DNA of 64,000 bases from the human T2T-CHM13v2.0 reference genome, Homo sapiens (GCF_009914755.1 NC_060932.1); one strand, 5' to 3'; shown: positions 13,704 to 28,052, numbered from the stretch's first letter. Program-made: numbers and translations. The notes: a model not told the origin generated them from the sequence alone.

Positions 13704-14094
13704 AAGCCTGTGCATCTCGGTTGTTTTAATTAAGACCTTCTTTGCCCAGTCTCTCTTTTTCCTCCCCTATGCCGGCCCCAGAAAGACTGTATTTGGTTGT
13801 ATAAAGTACATTAATTGCCATAATTTATTTGAATTCCTTACTATTTATGTCAAATTATTATTCAACACAGCTCTGATTATGCATATGATTCCAGTATAAT
13901 CATAATACTGAGATTAAAATGGTGGGTATACCCAATGGTTAGTAGTGGGAACAGTAGTGGAAAAAATACAAACAAAAATGCTTTGCCATTTGCATATTTT
14001 GCCTACTTTGTTGGTAAGAACCAGAGACATTCCTAGAAAGAGCTAAAACACATGGAAATAAACAAGCAACTATTTTGTCTAGGAATAATTGCTC

Positions 14095-14960
14095 AGTTAT
14101 TTCAATAAATATTCATTTGAAAAACTCCCACATGACAGTTACTTCATTAGATATTAAGGATGCATGGACTCAGGAACTGGTTTTTGTCCTTAAGGGTTAA
14201 ACTAAGGAAAATAAGTGCACAAACATGTAAGTACAATGTAATGTGACAACACATGGGTCAGTTATGCAGAGTAAGCTTTCCCAATCTAGGAGGGAAGATA
14301 GGACAGGCTTCTAGGAAAAGGTAAAAGATTACCTGAGTCCTAGAAGATGCCATTAATAAACAGGGTCACAAGACTGGAGATGTGTAAACAAAGTGAAAAA
14401 GTATATTCCCTACAGAAGGAGCGGCTTATCCCCAAAATACAGGGTCCTAGAAGTGCTTTGGGGGCTAAATAGAGTGTTGAAGTATGAGTCTAACACAAGA
14501 GTAGTTTAGGTTGCCCATGGCTTCCTCTATAAAGCTATGCAGAACCATTTAAATATTTTACAAAGAAGACATTATTTCATCTCAGAATAAAACATCACAC
14601 TGAATTTTTTGGAAAGTAACAGGCTTGGAGTAAGCAGAAAAATGAGATGAAGATTTGCTAATTGGAAAGCTGGTTATTAATCCAAAGGAGAATAATGGAA
14701 ACCTGAGTGAGAGGGAGTTAAACAACTTCAAGGCATACTAATTAAATATAATGAAGTCATTGGACTTTGTATTTAGATATGTGAAGGAAAAGGGGAAGGA
14801 TGTAAAATGAAAAATGTTTGAATTATTAATATAGAGGAACACTAATATTTAAGGATAAGGTCACTAGCAAAAGCCTGGAAACGTAGGGGGAAATTCAGGA
14901 AAACAGAGAATAAAGAGGCTGGGGAGGATAAAGTTTCAAGGAAAAGGAAGTAGTCAATAA
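14095..14960 (-). mobile_element. L2 remnant
   Basis: Antisense L2 3' pattern (attcatt..., tttgtccttaagg, ggcttctaggaaaagg, ctgagtcctagaagatg, gtttcaaggaaaaggaagtagtcaa). Confidence 0.55.
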
Positions 14961-15185
14961 TATGACTCACTCTATACCTATGCCTTTCTTTTACTTAATT
15001 TATTATTTAAAAATGTGTTTTCATTATAAAATGAAGCATATATCTTATTTGATACTTTTTTTGTTAGTACAAAATTAAAGTGGAAAATGCATGTAATCTT
15101 CTATCTAGAGATAATTCTTTTTTAACATGTTAAAATTATTCTTAAAAAAGATAATTCTTTTTTAACATGTTAAAAAAGAAATATT

Positions 15186-15324
15186 CTTTTTTCCCCTTTC
15201 TTTCTTTCCTTCTCTCTCTCTCTTTCTCCTTTCCTTCCTTCCTTCCTTTCCTTTCTCTTTTTCTTTCTTTCTCTCCCTCCCTCCCTTCCTTCCTTCCCTC
15301 CTTCCTTCCTTTTTTCTTTCCCTT
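15186..15324. repeat. CT-rich low-complexity tract, (TTCC)n/(TTTC)n, next to the AluJ tail
   Basis: Direct reading. Confidence 0.9.
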
Positions 15325-15329
15325 TATAA

Positions 15330-15632
15330 ATACACTTTTTAATTTTCTTGAGATAGGTGTTGCTCTGTCACCCAGGCTGGAATGCAGCAGCAGGGTTATA
15401 GCTCATCCATCCTTAAACTCCTGGACTCAAGTGATCCTTCCACCCCAGCCTCCTGAGTAACTGGGACTAAAGACATGTGCCACCATGCCCACTTGGTTAA
15501 TTTTTAAAAATTGTTTTGTAGAAAAAGGGTCTTGCTATGTTGCTCAGGATGGTCTCAAATTCCTGGCCTCAAGTGATCCTCCCACCTTGGCCTCCCAAAG
15601 TAGCTCCCAGGTATGAGTCACTGTATCTGGCC
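15330..15632 (-). mobile_element. AluJ
   Basis: J diagnostics atagctca, ctcaagtgatcct, ggtcttgctatgttgc; highly diverged. Confidence 0.9.
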
Positions 15633-16086
15633 TCATTTTTTCTTTATTGATATTTATTTATTTATATTTATTGATATTTAATTTTATTGTACTTGCACAG
15701 AGTAATTCACTTTAAATAAAGTATTTCAATTAAATAAACCATTTGAACAAAAAAAATAAGTACCATTGGTAGGGGTTAGGAATAGTTAAGGTACTGCTAT
15801 ACAGATATGGTTCACTTAAGAGGAGGGGAAATAAAAGATCAGCGCCTTTAAAATTCTACTGCCAAGCCTGGGTGTTCTATAAATAGTGACCAGAGCTACT
15901 TTTCTTGGCTTGGGGAACCTTGTAGTTGGTTTTTCTAATTTCCATCTAATTGTTTTGTATCAAGATCTTCACTCTGCTACTAGGTTCTTTCTGAATCATG
16001 CTTTGTTAAGACTGCCAACCTGGCTTTAATTTCAGTTTATCCCTGTACTGCTGCCTCAGGTTTGGTCTTGTTAGTGCCTGCTCCAT

Positions 16087-16546
16087 TGTAGTAGATACTG
16101 TCAATGCTCCAGGTGATCAATAACCCCCTTGGATGCTTCTTGCCCTTTCTGTTATCTGTTCATTATCTTCCATACACTATGCATTTGTCTCTAAACGTGT
16201 ATAGCTATGAGTCTTCTGGAGACTGCTTTCAGGCTACAGGAGCCCACTTGGTCCACACATGAGCCCTGAAAGATCTGGGTATCACTTACCCTATGATCAT
16301 GGGGTGCAGAAGTATGAGAGCACAGCTTCTTTGCCTTGAGTTGGGATAAACTATCAGGTGTAATTTACACTGCATGAGATCCAGCAGAGGCTTGGATTTT
16401 GTCTGAAATTGCACCTTGCTTAACTTCCTTCTTGTCCTGCCTCTCCCACTCCCTTAATAGTTTCTCCTGGATACACTTTCTTAATGAATCAGCAGCATAT
16501 AATTCCTTCTCTTGGGCCTGCTTTTTCAGGAACATAACTGAAGACA
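16087..16546 (+). mobile_element. LTR16-family solo LTR (ERVL)
   Basis: tgtagtagatactgtcaatgc start; gggataaact..aggtgtaatttacact; end ctgcttt..ggaac...aagaca. Confidence 0.8.
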
Positions 16547-17559
16547 GCTATAGTCTGCAGAAAAGTGACTCTCTATGCCTGGCTGAGGTTTCAGACCTGG
16601 CACTGAAGCTTGGCACAAGTACCAAATCTCCAAATATTTGGCGCAAAGAACTAGTACCTATAAATGGGCTGACTAAATGAAGTGGCAAAAGGCTATCTCT
16701 AAAGATGGAAAAGTGACAAGAATTGTTCAGATGACAGTGTTACAGGTGAGTTCAAGAGTGTATTCTGATGCCTGAAGACTTTATGGGGAGGAAGATTAAG
16801 ATTGTATTTAATGGATCTAAAGAAAAAACATGGGCTTAAATGTATTGAATGTACAAAGGTAATATTTCACAGTTTAATAATTTTACCTTCATTATAAATT
16901 GGACCTTCACTACTTGTTTTTAAAATAAGCCAAAGAATGGAATGGCCTGTCTGAAAAGGAACTTCATCTCCTACTAGAAAAGGCTGTCCTTTACCTGAAT
17001 TTAAGTTTGGGGCAAGTGTCCATAAAAACATAAGAGCAGAGAAAAACTCATTTAATACTTCACTTCAACAGAAATCAAATCTATGTTTCAGAATGATATG
17101 AAATGTTGTAATGAAGTTTTATCAGAACTATATGAAAAACCCAGTAACTATGCCTTATGGTAGCTCTAGAGAAAATAATATACAGGCACAAATATGATTT
17201 AATATAAATGTAGTTAGCATTTATTTATAAAGCAGTACAAATACCAACAAAATATTTGCTATTCATTGTGCACTCATCTTAGACTGTGCTGTATTAAAGC
17301 ACCTAGTAATTTCCGAACAATATATATTGCTTATTCATATTAATTAATTATTTTATTTATACAATAAATGTTAACTGGTCACCCACTATGAGCTAGGTAC
17401 TATGCTTATGCTTACACATCCTTAAATACTCAACATATCTCAATATATGTATAATGGTCTATCTGATAATGTCATTCACTAAAAGTTATCTTTGGAATAA
17501 GGGATGGGATGAAAAATAAGCATATATAATTCCTTAAACTTACAAGGTAGTTTCCAATG

Positions 17560-17740
17560 TACAAAGTGCTGTTTTATTTATTAACTTGTGTGATACTTCA
17601 AGACTCCTATGACATGGTGAGGCATGGATGATTACCCCTAATTTAAAGATGAGAAAACTGAGATTCAGAGAGGTGAGATGATCTGCACAACAATTCAGGG
17701 CTTTTGACTCAGGTTCACATTCTATCCATGTCTTATTCCA
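17560..17740 (-). mobile_element. MIR
   Basis: aagatgagaaaactgagattcagagaggtgagatgatctgcacaa core. Confidence 0.8.
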
Positions 17741-18829
17741 CAAAAGAAAGGCTTTTATAAGTAGGGTGGGGAGCTCCAGAGTGAATTTTTAAATATGTAC
17801 ACTTAAAATCATACCAGTCCCTTGACCTCCTTCATTAATTCACCTTGGTCATGGTAAGCCATATTCTCTAAATTTTAAGATCCACAAGTGATGTGACGCA
17901 AATTTAAAACAAAGTAAATATTCATAGTTTTAAAATACAAAAACAAATATGCTTTTGTCTAGTGTTATGCAACATTTTTTAAAGCCATAATCAATACTTA
18001 TTCTTTTGATGACATATTTTATTTCTTCCGACAATTAAGACTTCTACTAAGCTAGCGAGAGTTATAATCTGAAGTCAACCTCATATGCCTGTCTTTATTC
18101 TCTATGAATTATATTCTTCTATGCCCAGTTAATTTAATCTTTCATTACTCACCTCTCAAAGAATTGTATTTTCTTCGTTGTGAGATTTGCTGACATCCTG
18201 GAGTCATCAAAATTATCCTCATAACAATAACTCAATATTGATAAAAGTATATTACATTTAAAGAGAGCAGGGGGTGGTCAAAAAGCCATAAAGAATTATG
18301 CTCCTCTACATTTTCAGCTTAGTTCTTTACATTATATGGAAGAATTGTCTAATTAAAATCATTGTAATTTTACTATAATTTACATGTTTATATTGGAAGA
18401 ATCACATCTCAAAAATCTATTAGCAACCTAACAAAGTAAAGGTAGCCAACACTAGCATGTGTTTTAATCACCTGGATTTTCTCCAACCAGATATGGATAA
18501 AAATAGAAGAAATAAGCATATTATCAATTTTCAGGCTATAGTGGAATGTGCTAGAATTATTCTAGAAGCAAACTGGGATGTTAAATATTGGATTAGACTC
18601 CATTTATACTAGATCAGGAGATAAAAACAAAATGATGCATATCATTATCTCCCTGTCTCAGAGTTTTTTGGTGAGAAGTAACAGAAAACCATTTTGACTG
18701 GCTTAAGTAAAATACGTATTTTAAGTTATGGGGTAGGACACAGAAGCAAGCAAAAGCTAAAATTCCAGACTAAATAAAGGATAGGAGCCCAGGAAACTTT
18801 GGGTTCTAGGTAGTAGGAAAGAATCAGTG

Positions 18830-19070
18830 ATGACTGTAAGAGTCAATGCCTAGTTTTGAATCCAGTTTCTCAAAGTTAAATTGTAGCCTTTGGCAAATTA
18901 CTTTCTCTCTCTGACTCTATTTCCTCATATGAAAAATAGGGATAATAATTGTACCTACATGTTAGGGTTGTTGTAAAACTAAATTAAATATTGCATGCAA
19001 AGGCTTTAGAAACATTCTTCATATATAGTAAACATCCAGTGAACGTTAACTATTGTTATTTACTATTATT
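18830..19070 (+). mobile_element. MIR, inserted in an old antisense MLT1 fragment (~18655-19185)
   Basis: ttggcaaattactt..ctctctgactctatttcctcat..aaaatagggataataat core; the flank gtaacagaaaacc..actggcttaag is an antisense MLT1 end. Confidence 0.75.
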
Positions 19071-19199
19071 CTGAAGTGTTTTCCTTCTGATAAATCAACA
19101 CCAATATTTTTCAGTGTGTGCTACTTTTTTCAAGGTTCAGTAAGAAATGGAGTGACTAAACTTGGGTCACATGACATGAGGAGTGTATTAGTAAATGCT

Positions 19200-19720
19200 T
19201 AATAATTGGCTCTTTGAAAAACATGCTTATTAAAAATTTACTTATATAAAGGATGTGTAACACAGAATTTACAAATAATGACAAATATACAATATTCTTG
19301 ATTATAAATTCCACACAGCCAAATGCTTTGCAGAAAATGCTTTTGTTGATGTCTGCCAAACATTTGTATCTGTAGCTAACTCATGGTTACAAATTGATGA
19401 ATGGACTGGTATAGTTCTCACATGAATGTTGGTTGATATTTAATTTATGTTAATGAGTGAAACAATTATAAAAATGAATACATATGTTGAAACATCATTT
19501 GTTTGTCAATGATGTGAATGACTTCATTATTGAAACAGATCATAGTTTTTGAATACTGGAAGAATATTTCCTCAATTTTTTTGTGCCATTCACAATGTAA
19601 TCGCTACAGACTCAATACACTTCAAAATTGAATCTTTAGTATCAACATTTTCTTCTTCACTTTCTATGTCTACACAATGAAGAAAAGTTCTGATTTCTTG
19701 AGTTTGCCTATTTCTATAGT
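19200..19720 (+). mobile_element. Probable ancient non-L1 LINE RT fossil (L4/RTE-X-like)
   Basis: Hand translation: KGC (19248), AFVDVCQTFVSV (19339), GRIFPQFF (19558), Y..VLIS (19671-19698), in RT motif order and spacing, with stops and frameshifts. Confidence 0.5.
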
Positions 19721-19900
19721 GTAAATTGTACCACTGTGTCCAAATTGAAGCTGCCAAAGAGACTGAATACAGATTGGGGCAGAGATGCACTGTCTTTCAT
19801 CATTATATAGTAGGTCCAGCATATGGTCAAAATAGATTTAAATAACCTCAGGGGCATAGCTAATAGTAAAGACTAGTAAAAGATTATGAAATAATGAGTT

Positions 19901-20000
19901 TTGTGTAGTTATTACTTTTATTTTTAATATAACATTATATTTTAGTTCATCTTGTGTAGTTATTACTTTTGTTTTTAATATAACATTATATTTTAGTTCA
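19901..20000. repeat. Tandem duplication, 2 x 49 bp (period 51)
   Basis: 19901-19949 vs 19952-20000, one mismatch, 2-nt spacer tc. Confidence 0.95.
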
Positions 20001-20412
20001 GATGATTTCAATTTTATTATTGGATATGCTTAACAACCAGCTTGTTATATTCCTTATAATTACATCAGCGCTCTCAAGAGCTGATAAAAGTTACTTCCAG
20101 CATACCACTGTATGAGATCTTCTTGGCAAATGAAGGTGGAAGGGTTAGGGACAGCGTAACTTTGATTGAAGTCCCCTCCAGGACCACCCGGAATGGCAGA
20201 AAGGTAGTTTTTTGGCTTTTAAAAATTATGGAGAACAGATGGATGCTGTGTAAGCAAAAAAACTAACATGGATTCAAGTCTACTACAGGCCCAGTTTCAC
20301 GTTTTTTCTCATTCTTCCCCCTGATAATCTACCTGAGAACAATGTAAAACCCATGAGAGAGAGAATCGTGACATAAAGGATACAAGGGAATTGTGATATA
20401 AAGGACCTTTGA

Positions 20413-20728
<316 letters not shown>

Positions 20729-21567
20729 CTACACCTGGGATTAGTAGCTACTCAATACATACTTATTTGAATGAATAAGTAAGTATTCCCCAGTAGAAAG
20801 AAAGTCTCAGAGGATAGAATCAGTTGTAAAATTTGAGAGGACACCTATTAGATAAATGGCAACAAGTAGATGGCAGTAAAGGAAGAGAAAGGTTATTTTG
20901 GGAAGATTGGTTCAGGGGTCAACAGAGCAGTGAGGGAGCCAGGAGCAGCAAGTCAGAAAATTTGCTTAGAGAAGTTATTTTGGTGGGTTTCAAAGCTCCA
21001 GAAAGGAGGGTATGGATCAGCAATAGGACTTCAGTACCTGAAAAAGGGACTAGTGATGACAAGGGAAGATCCCAACCTAACAATGAAAGATAATAGAATG
21101 GACACATGGGTAGAAAACAGGACAGATTTCCAATCACTAACACCAAACTTAAAAATAAATCCCAAACTTAATTTTCATTATAGGGCATGTGATAAGATTA
21201 GAATTAAGGGTGACTTCAAGTTGAGTCCTAAAATATCAGTTTAGGACTGAAATTTGGATTTTTTTGTTTTCCTGCAAAAGTCAACATTTATACTTAATTG
21301 AAAAAAGTGGAGTCAATGATATAGTAAGAAGGACTGGACCCAGAATACAAGAAAGGGACTGCATGCTTCTCTCATTTGATCTTTTAATTTTTAAAGGCAA
21401 ATACACTTGAGTAATTCTGATCACTGTATTTTATTTTTATCAGTGCTTTCCAATCTTGAATACGAGAAGTACTTTGTAAGTAATATGAAGGAAAGTTGAA
21501 TGAAAATAATTAATGGGACACTCACACGAGATAGAGTTGTTCATCCATTATCAATTAAGAAAAAATA

Positions 21568-21892
<325 letters not shown>

Positions 21893-22098
21893 TTAATAAT
21901 ACAAATACATTTTGGAATTTTTATTAGTAATGTTATATATTTACATTTCAAATAGTAGTTCAAATATACTTGAGACACTTAATCTGATTCTTCCACGGAT
22001 ATTTGTTTCCTGGGTTGGGAATGGGCAGTCTTCAATCACATAAAAATGTAACATTAGAAGAAGTATACAGAAAAATATGCAAGAATATTTTCAACTAG

Positions 22099-22467
<369 letters not shown>

Positions 22468-22705
22468 TAACTGTGGCTTTCCCTCTAAGACTTTCTTTGA
22501 GATCTTTCAGTCTCATGGTTTCAAATAACATCTATAGCTGACAATTTGCAAACTTTCACCTCTATCCTTTTAAAAAAGGATATCTGGATTTTATATCCCA
22601 CTTGATATCCAATCTAACAGGTATTTCAAATGTAACAAAGATAAACTGTTTTTTCTCCTAAACTAGCTCCACCTGTAGCTTTTCCCTTTTACTTGAAAGC
22701 AATAC

Positions 22706-23147
22706 TGTGCTAATTATTTATCTGCTGTCTCTTAGCTCTAGCCAACCCTTCTGTATTCTGCCCTTTGATATTTGGGTTAGAACACTGCACATTACAATTC
22801 TCAGATTCTTTTTTTTTTCTTTAGTGGATGCCTAAACCTGCTGGCTCACATCCTTTCCTCAGAGGTGTGACCACCAACCATGAAAGATTTCCTCCTTTGA
22901 AATTTGAGCACCAGGTCTAGACTGTTTTTACTGCAAGCTCTTAGGTTCTGGTAATACCACAGTTTTTACTTTTCTTTCTGGATGAAAAAAGGATGGTATC
23001 TGTCTACATAGTTATTGCTTCTTCATTAATTTTTACTCTTTATGCATTACATATGCAATGCCTGTGTAACAATTCCCCAAATTAAATTCCATTCATTTTA
23101 AATAGCTAATACAGATTATATTTTTCTGACTAGACCTTGTCAGTGTA
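22706..23147 (+). mobile_element. Old ERVL 5' LTR (LTR33/LTR41 group)
   Basis: tgtgc..attattta..ctgtctcttagctc..acccttctgtattctg start; end attaaattcc...tttttctgactagacc. Confidence 0.6.
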
Positions 23148-23149
23148 GT

Positions 23150-23810
23150 CATTCATATCAAGAGTGAGCCTAAGACTTTCAAAAATGGGTTTTGTGGGAG
23201 TGGTTTGCTTATTTTTTGGTCTTGCCAGAGCTGAGTTCTTGGACAGTAAAAAATTCATATGCAATTACTTATCTTTTGTGATTGAAACAGATTTTGAAAA
23301 CAAAATTTGTGGGGAGAGGGCAAGGGGTTGCTGCACTTGATGGCTAACATATCCAAGACTACAAGGACAATGGAGGGAGATGGCAATTGATGACTGCATT
23401 GAAGCCAGAAAGAGAAATTACAGCTCACATCATGGTCAGAGAACAAGAGACCGTCTATGGTGAACCTGTAGCACTGGGCAGGTATGGCTAAAACATACCC
23501 CAAATTTAATTATGCAAGTTACCTAATTAGAATGTAATCTGAACTTACAGACTCACAAAGTTTCTTATGTGGAAGCTAGGGAATTCACTGAGAAGGAATG
23601 GGATCATGAAATTTAAAATGGAGACATTTGGATGCTCTGTGATAAAGTACAGAATCTTAAAACCCGAGTTTTCAGAGTCATTTCTGCCAATTTCTGCCAT
23701 TCCATTTTTCCTTTCCCTGAAGTCCTAGCAAAAACTTCACCTGAGGCAATTACCTTGCAATGAGGCATTTATTCTCTTCAATATCCACCACCATCACCTT
23801 TCATTCTCCA
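23150..23810 (+). mobile_element. ERVL internal (gag 5') remnant
   Basis: gagaaggaatgggatcatgaaatttaaaatggagacatttgg reads EKEWDHEI*NGDIW, like ERVL gag GKEWDPxxWNGDxW. Confidence 0.7.
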
Positions 23811-23812
23811 CA

Positions 23813-24138
23813 CAGAGCAATCCAATAGAAATCTCAGTGGTGATGGAAATGGTCAATATGGTAGCCACTAGCAATATGTGGCTATTGAGCACTAAAAATA
23901 AGGCTAGTTTGAACTGTGATGTGATAAACTTGCTAGATACATTCTAGATTTCAAAGATTAAGAATAAAAGAAGAGATGGTAAATTCTTGCATTAATTTTA
24001 TGCCAAATGCATGTTGAAATCATAATATCTGTGGTTAAATAAAATATAAAATTAAAATTAATTTCATCTCTTAAAAAATGTGGCTACTGGAAAATTTAAA
24101 ATTAAAGATGCAGCTCACATTCCATTTGTATCGGCTAG
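23813..24138 (+). mobile_element. MER33-like hAT-Charlie DNA transposon
   Basis: tccaatagaa, caatatggtagccactagc..atgtggctattgagcact, catgttgaaat, aatgtggctact..aaaatttaaaatta. Confidence 0.85.
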
Positions 24139-24514
24139 ACCAATATCCTTCAAACTCTTGCTCACATAAATAAAAAGATTTTGGAAACTGTACTTTCTCC
24201 TACAATTTTACATTGACATCTATTATTTAAAACTCTTAGTGTGAATAGCTGCAAAGGACGCAATTTCTACTCCAATTTCACAAGTATTTTAAATATAGTT
24301 TTCTCAAAATCTTGCATCATTAGTTAACTCAATTTATGGAAAATGTGCATGATATTTTATAAATGGAAAAACTGTAAAATCAATCAGACAAATCAGAAAC
24401 TCTTTCTGTCTAAAAAAGTCAGACTTTGTGTTTTAATTAAAATTGGCCTATAATATCCTAAGTATCATGAGTTCTATATAAGGATAAATAGAGATACAAA
24501 TAGAGGGATGAAAA

Positions 24515-24660
24515 AATAGATGGATGGATGAATGACAGATGATAGATGAATGACAATTAGATGATAGATGACAGATAGATAGATATATAACATACATACC
24601 TGTATACACAAATAAATACATAGAGAAATAGATGATAGAGACAGAGATGCATAGATGCAG
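24515..24660. repeat. Degenerate (GATA/GATG)n repeat
   Basis: Direct reading. Confidence 0.75.
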
Positions 24661-25851
24661 ACATGGGCATTTCTATGAGTTTGTTGCTTGGTTAATAGGA
24701 TATGATTCCCTTCAAATATGTCTTAGCGAAGCTTTTTTTTTTTTTTTTTTCTTTGTCTCAAGATCTGTCCCTGAGGAGCTATGAATCTGGAATTTCCTAT
24801 TCTAATTCTCCAGGGTTTTATTTACACTCAAGCAATGTAACATATTTTTATTCCAGTTGGAGAAGTAATATATGATTATCTTTTGAAACTTGGAAAAACA
24901 AGTATAAGAGGGAAATTAATAAAGAAGAACAAACAGATTGAGGTATGTCTTCAGTCTTCATTTCACACATGGAGCTAATGTTGAATGTGTACCTTAATGC
25001 AAGAAGAACAATTAATTCAAAGACTAGGTATGTTTAAAGTGCTAGTCTAATATTTTAACTTGCTGTTATAAAGAAACCCTCAATTATTTTCATTACTCAA
25101 ATGCCATAATTAAAGGAAACATTCCCTTACAGAAGCTTGTGGAAGGGGCATAAATGAACATCAAAAATGTATATTAGTTTAGATTATAATGCTCAGTTAT
25201 TACATTTTATTTTCTGTGAACTTAATTGCAATGTCTGTAAACTGATTAGTAATAATAACTTAATGTTTAATGTTTTAGAATAAGACAGTCACCTATAAAT
25301 TATTCAACCATATAATGAAATATAGAAGAAAATTATATGTAATGATAATTTTGCTTTAATACATGTTAAGTCCAGTAAATAACAGGAGGGAAGTATGTTT
25401 CTGAGGAGACGGCAGCATTTGGCAATAAAAATAGGTGTCACTTAAGGTGAACTTACTTTATATAAGGAGTTTCACATGTTCTTATCTGTGCAACCTTATG
25501 ATGTGGTATTATGACCTCTACTCTATGAAAAAGAGACTGTGGCTGGGCTCTCATAGTGAGAGTGACAGCCCAGATTGAAACTTGTTTAATTAATTTCATC
25601 AAGTTTTAAATCTCAGGTTACTTTTTCCATCAACCATGTACTTTTTAGTACATTTAGAACACCATAATTGCTCAAATATACAGGAAAACATGAACAATAA
25701 TTACTGAACAAATTATAAATGTAGAGGTATTAATCACCTTGGTTAATTGGGATGTATGCCAACTAGTATAGCTGTATGCTTATTATTTATACCAACAATT
25801 TCCTTCTGAAAAGGGTTCCAAGGAGTAATCTAAGAAAGCAAATACTTCTAA

Positions 25852-26105
25852 CAGTGTTTTTAAAACTATGTGCTATAAACTGTTAGGGCATCATGAAATT
25901 AATTTAGTGGGACATAATCAATGTTTTAATAATAAACAGATTACATTCGACTAGAATGGAAAATACAGGAGTGCATTCATGTAAGGGAAAATGTTTTATA
26001 TGTGTGAAACTGTGGTGTGTGTGTTTGTGTCTGTGTGTTTGAACTAGGTCACAAGGTAAAATATAATCCTTATTGTGGCTCATGATGAATAATTCTTGTA
26101 AACAA
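25852..26105 (+). mobile_element. MER112-like hAT-Charlie element
   Basis: cagtgttt..aaa start, tcatgaaattaatttagtggg, gagtgcat, ggtcacaaggtaaaat, cttattgtggctca. Confidence 0.7.
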
Positions 26106-26559
26106 ATTTCTGTAAGACATCTTAAAAAAGTTAACCTAACAGATCAAAATTAAGTGTCTACATTTATTAATAAAAAATAGCAAAGAACTGAAAGTAATTA
26201 TGTCCTCCTAAGAAAATAATTTGCATTTGTTGGAGAAAAAGGAGAAATAAATTTGAGTAGATTAGATAATATAAACAAGTAGAAATGTGACAACCTCTGA
26301 AACTTCAGGTAATTCTGTAATAATAATGATTTAAAGTTAGCAAAGCAAACATCTTATAGAACATGAGATAATACCACATGTTGATGACAATTACATGTAA
26401 TTGCGAAGACAAAACAATATCTCCATCTCAATGCAAGATTAATTAAATGTGTTTATTCCATACTTTATAATGAATTTGCTTCATGTCTATCTTGGAAAAA
26501 GATATTTATACCTTACTGTGAGATAAGTCTTTGTACCTACACATATCTCATAAAGTACA

Positions 26560-26745
26560 CACCTCTGACCTTTGCTAACTATGTGATCTTTGACAAGTTA
26601 TTTATAGGCTTGCTTAAATGCAGACAATAAAAGTATCTCCCTCATGAGAGACTTAACAAGGATTAAATAATTCATAAAAAGTGCTAGAAAAAAACTACTG
26701 AGAATAGTGTACGGCATGCTGCTAAGTGTTCAACAAATGTCAGTT
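26560..26745 (+). mobile_element. MIR
   Basis: ctatgtgatctttgacaagtta, aggattaaataa, taagtgttcaacaaatgtcagt. Confidence 0.7.
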
Positions 26746-28052
26746 TTCCAAGCACTTCATGTTTTTTTTTTTCCTCAACAACCAATAATTTGCACAGAGA
26801 AATAAACCAATAAATATTTGTTGCATTGAATTGAACTGATGACACAGGTTGGGTGGATAACATGATTTCCTTCATGCAACTGAGGGGTTTGATTTAGAAA
26901 TTTACCCAAGTTTATAGAGATAATTTGGGGCAGAGTAGGTTTCTGATCTAGTTCTTCTGATTTATAAATCAGGGCTCTTCTATGAGACAAATCTAATAGT
27001 CCCTTGGTTGAGTTTTAAACCAACTCTGCTGATCTTAGAATTAGGTTTCAAGAACTTGACAAGTGATCACAAAAATTCCCGGGAGGCAATATATACTTTA
27101 ATAACAATGAATTAATAATGTATTTCAAGGTCTTATTAGCTTTACTAACAACTGTGTTTGCATTATCTTGCTTATTTCTTATGATACTATAAAATACATG
27201 TCTTTATCATTCACATTTCATAGATAAAGAAACAACATCAGAGAGGTTAAATAACTTAAAGTTATCTGAAAATTATACATCAGTATATGAAACACAATCT
27301 GAACCAATTTCATGAGCTCGACCACCAAACTTTAAAATCTAGCCCAAAGAAGTTATCACATAATTTGAAGATTTGAGAGAAATGATGATTTTTCCTATTT
27401 AGGTCCTCTCTATTGCTATAAAATCACATCTTACAAACAGAAGCAGGATAGCAAGAGCAGGAAAGAAAAAACAGCAAAATTTTCAGCTGCATTTACATTC
27501 ATTGTGTTATAATTTTGCTTGAGGTATAGTGGCACATACATATTTAGATGTGTTACTCATATTAGAATCAAATAGAAAGGCAATTCAACTTTTTGAAATA
27601 TCCATAATATAAATTCTTTATTAGTGCAGAGCACATTAAACCAACTATTTCAAATAAATAGCTATGTGATATATAGCAATAGAGAAACACTGAAATTAAA
27701 GTCAGCTATGTATAAAAACAGGATTGACCTGAATGATGTGTCAAACAGAAAAGACACAAAAACAGCCACTATTCATGATTCCTTTTAAAAAGGATACACT
27801 TACAACCTTCAAAAATGTATCTCAGAAAGCATTCATTTGTAATTTTAACCTTTTGGTTTATATGTTAGTAGCTTGGAGTAGAATTGTATTATTTTTATTT
27901 TTTCCCAAATTTCTCATATAAATCTGGTTTATAAACTGTTAAGTAGGGAATATTGCGCCAAAATCCTACTTGAGTTATAAATTTTCCATACTGCATGTTC
28001 CGTATTATTTCTTTGCCTTTGTCTTTATGATTATGACTTTTTTTTTAAATCA

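Noticed and set aside
15167-15460. 97-aa F/S/L/P-rich ORF
   Set aside because: Translation of a CT-rich tract plus antisense AluJ
20833-21244. Three overlapping ORFs of up to 124 aa
   Set aside because: No recognisable domain or splice structure; purine-rich, probably decayed repeat; lengths plausible by chance in 64 kb
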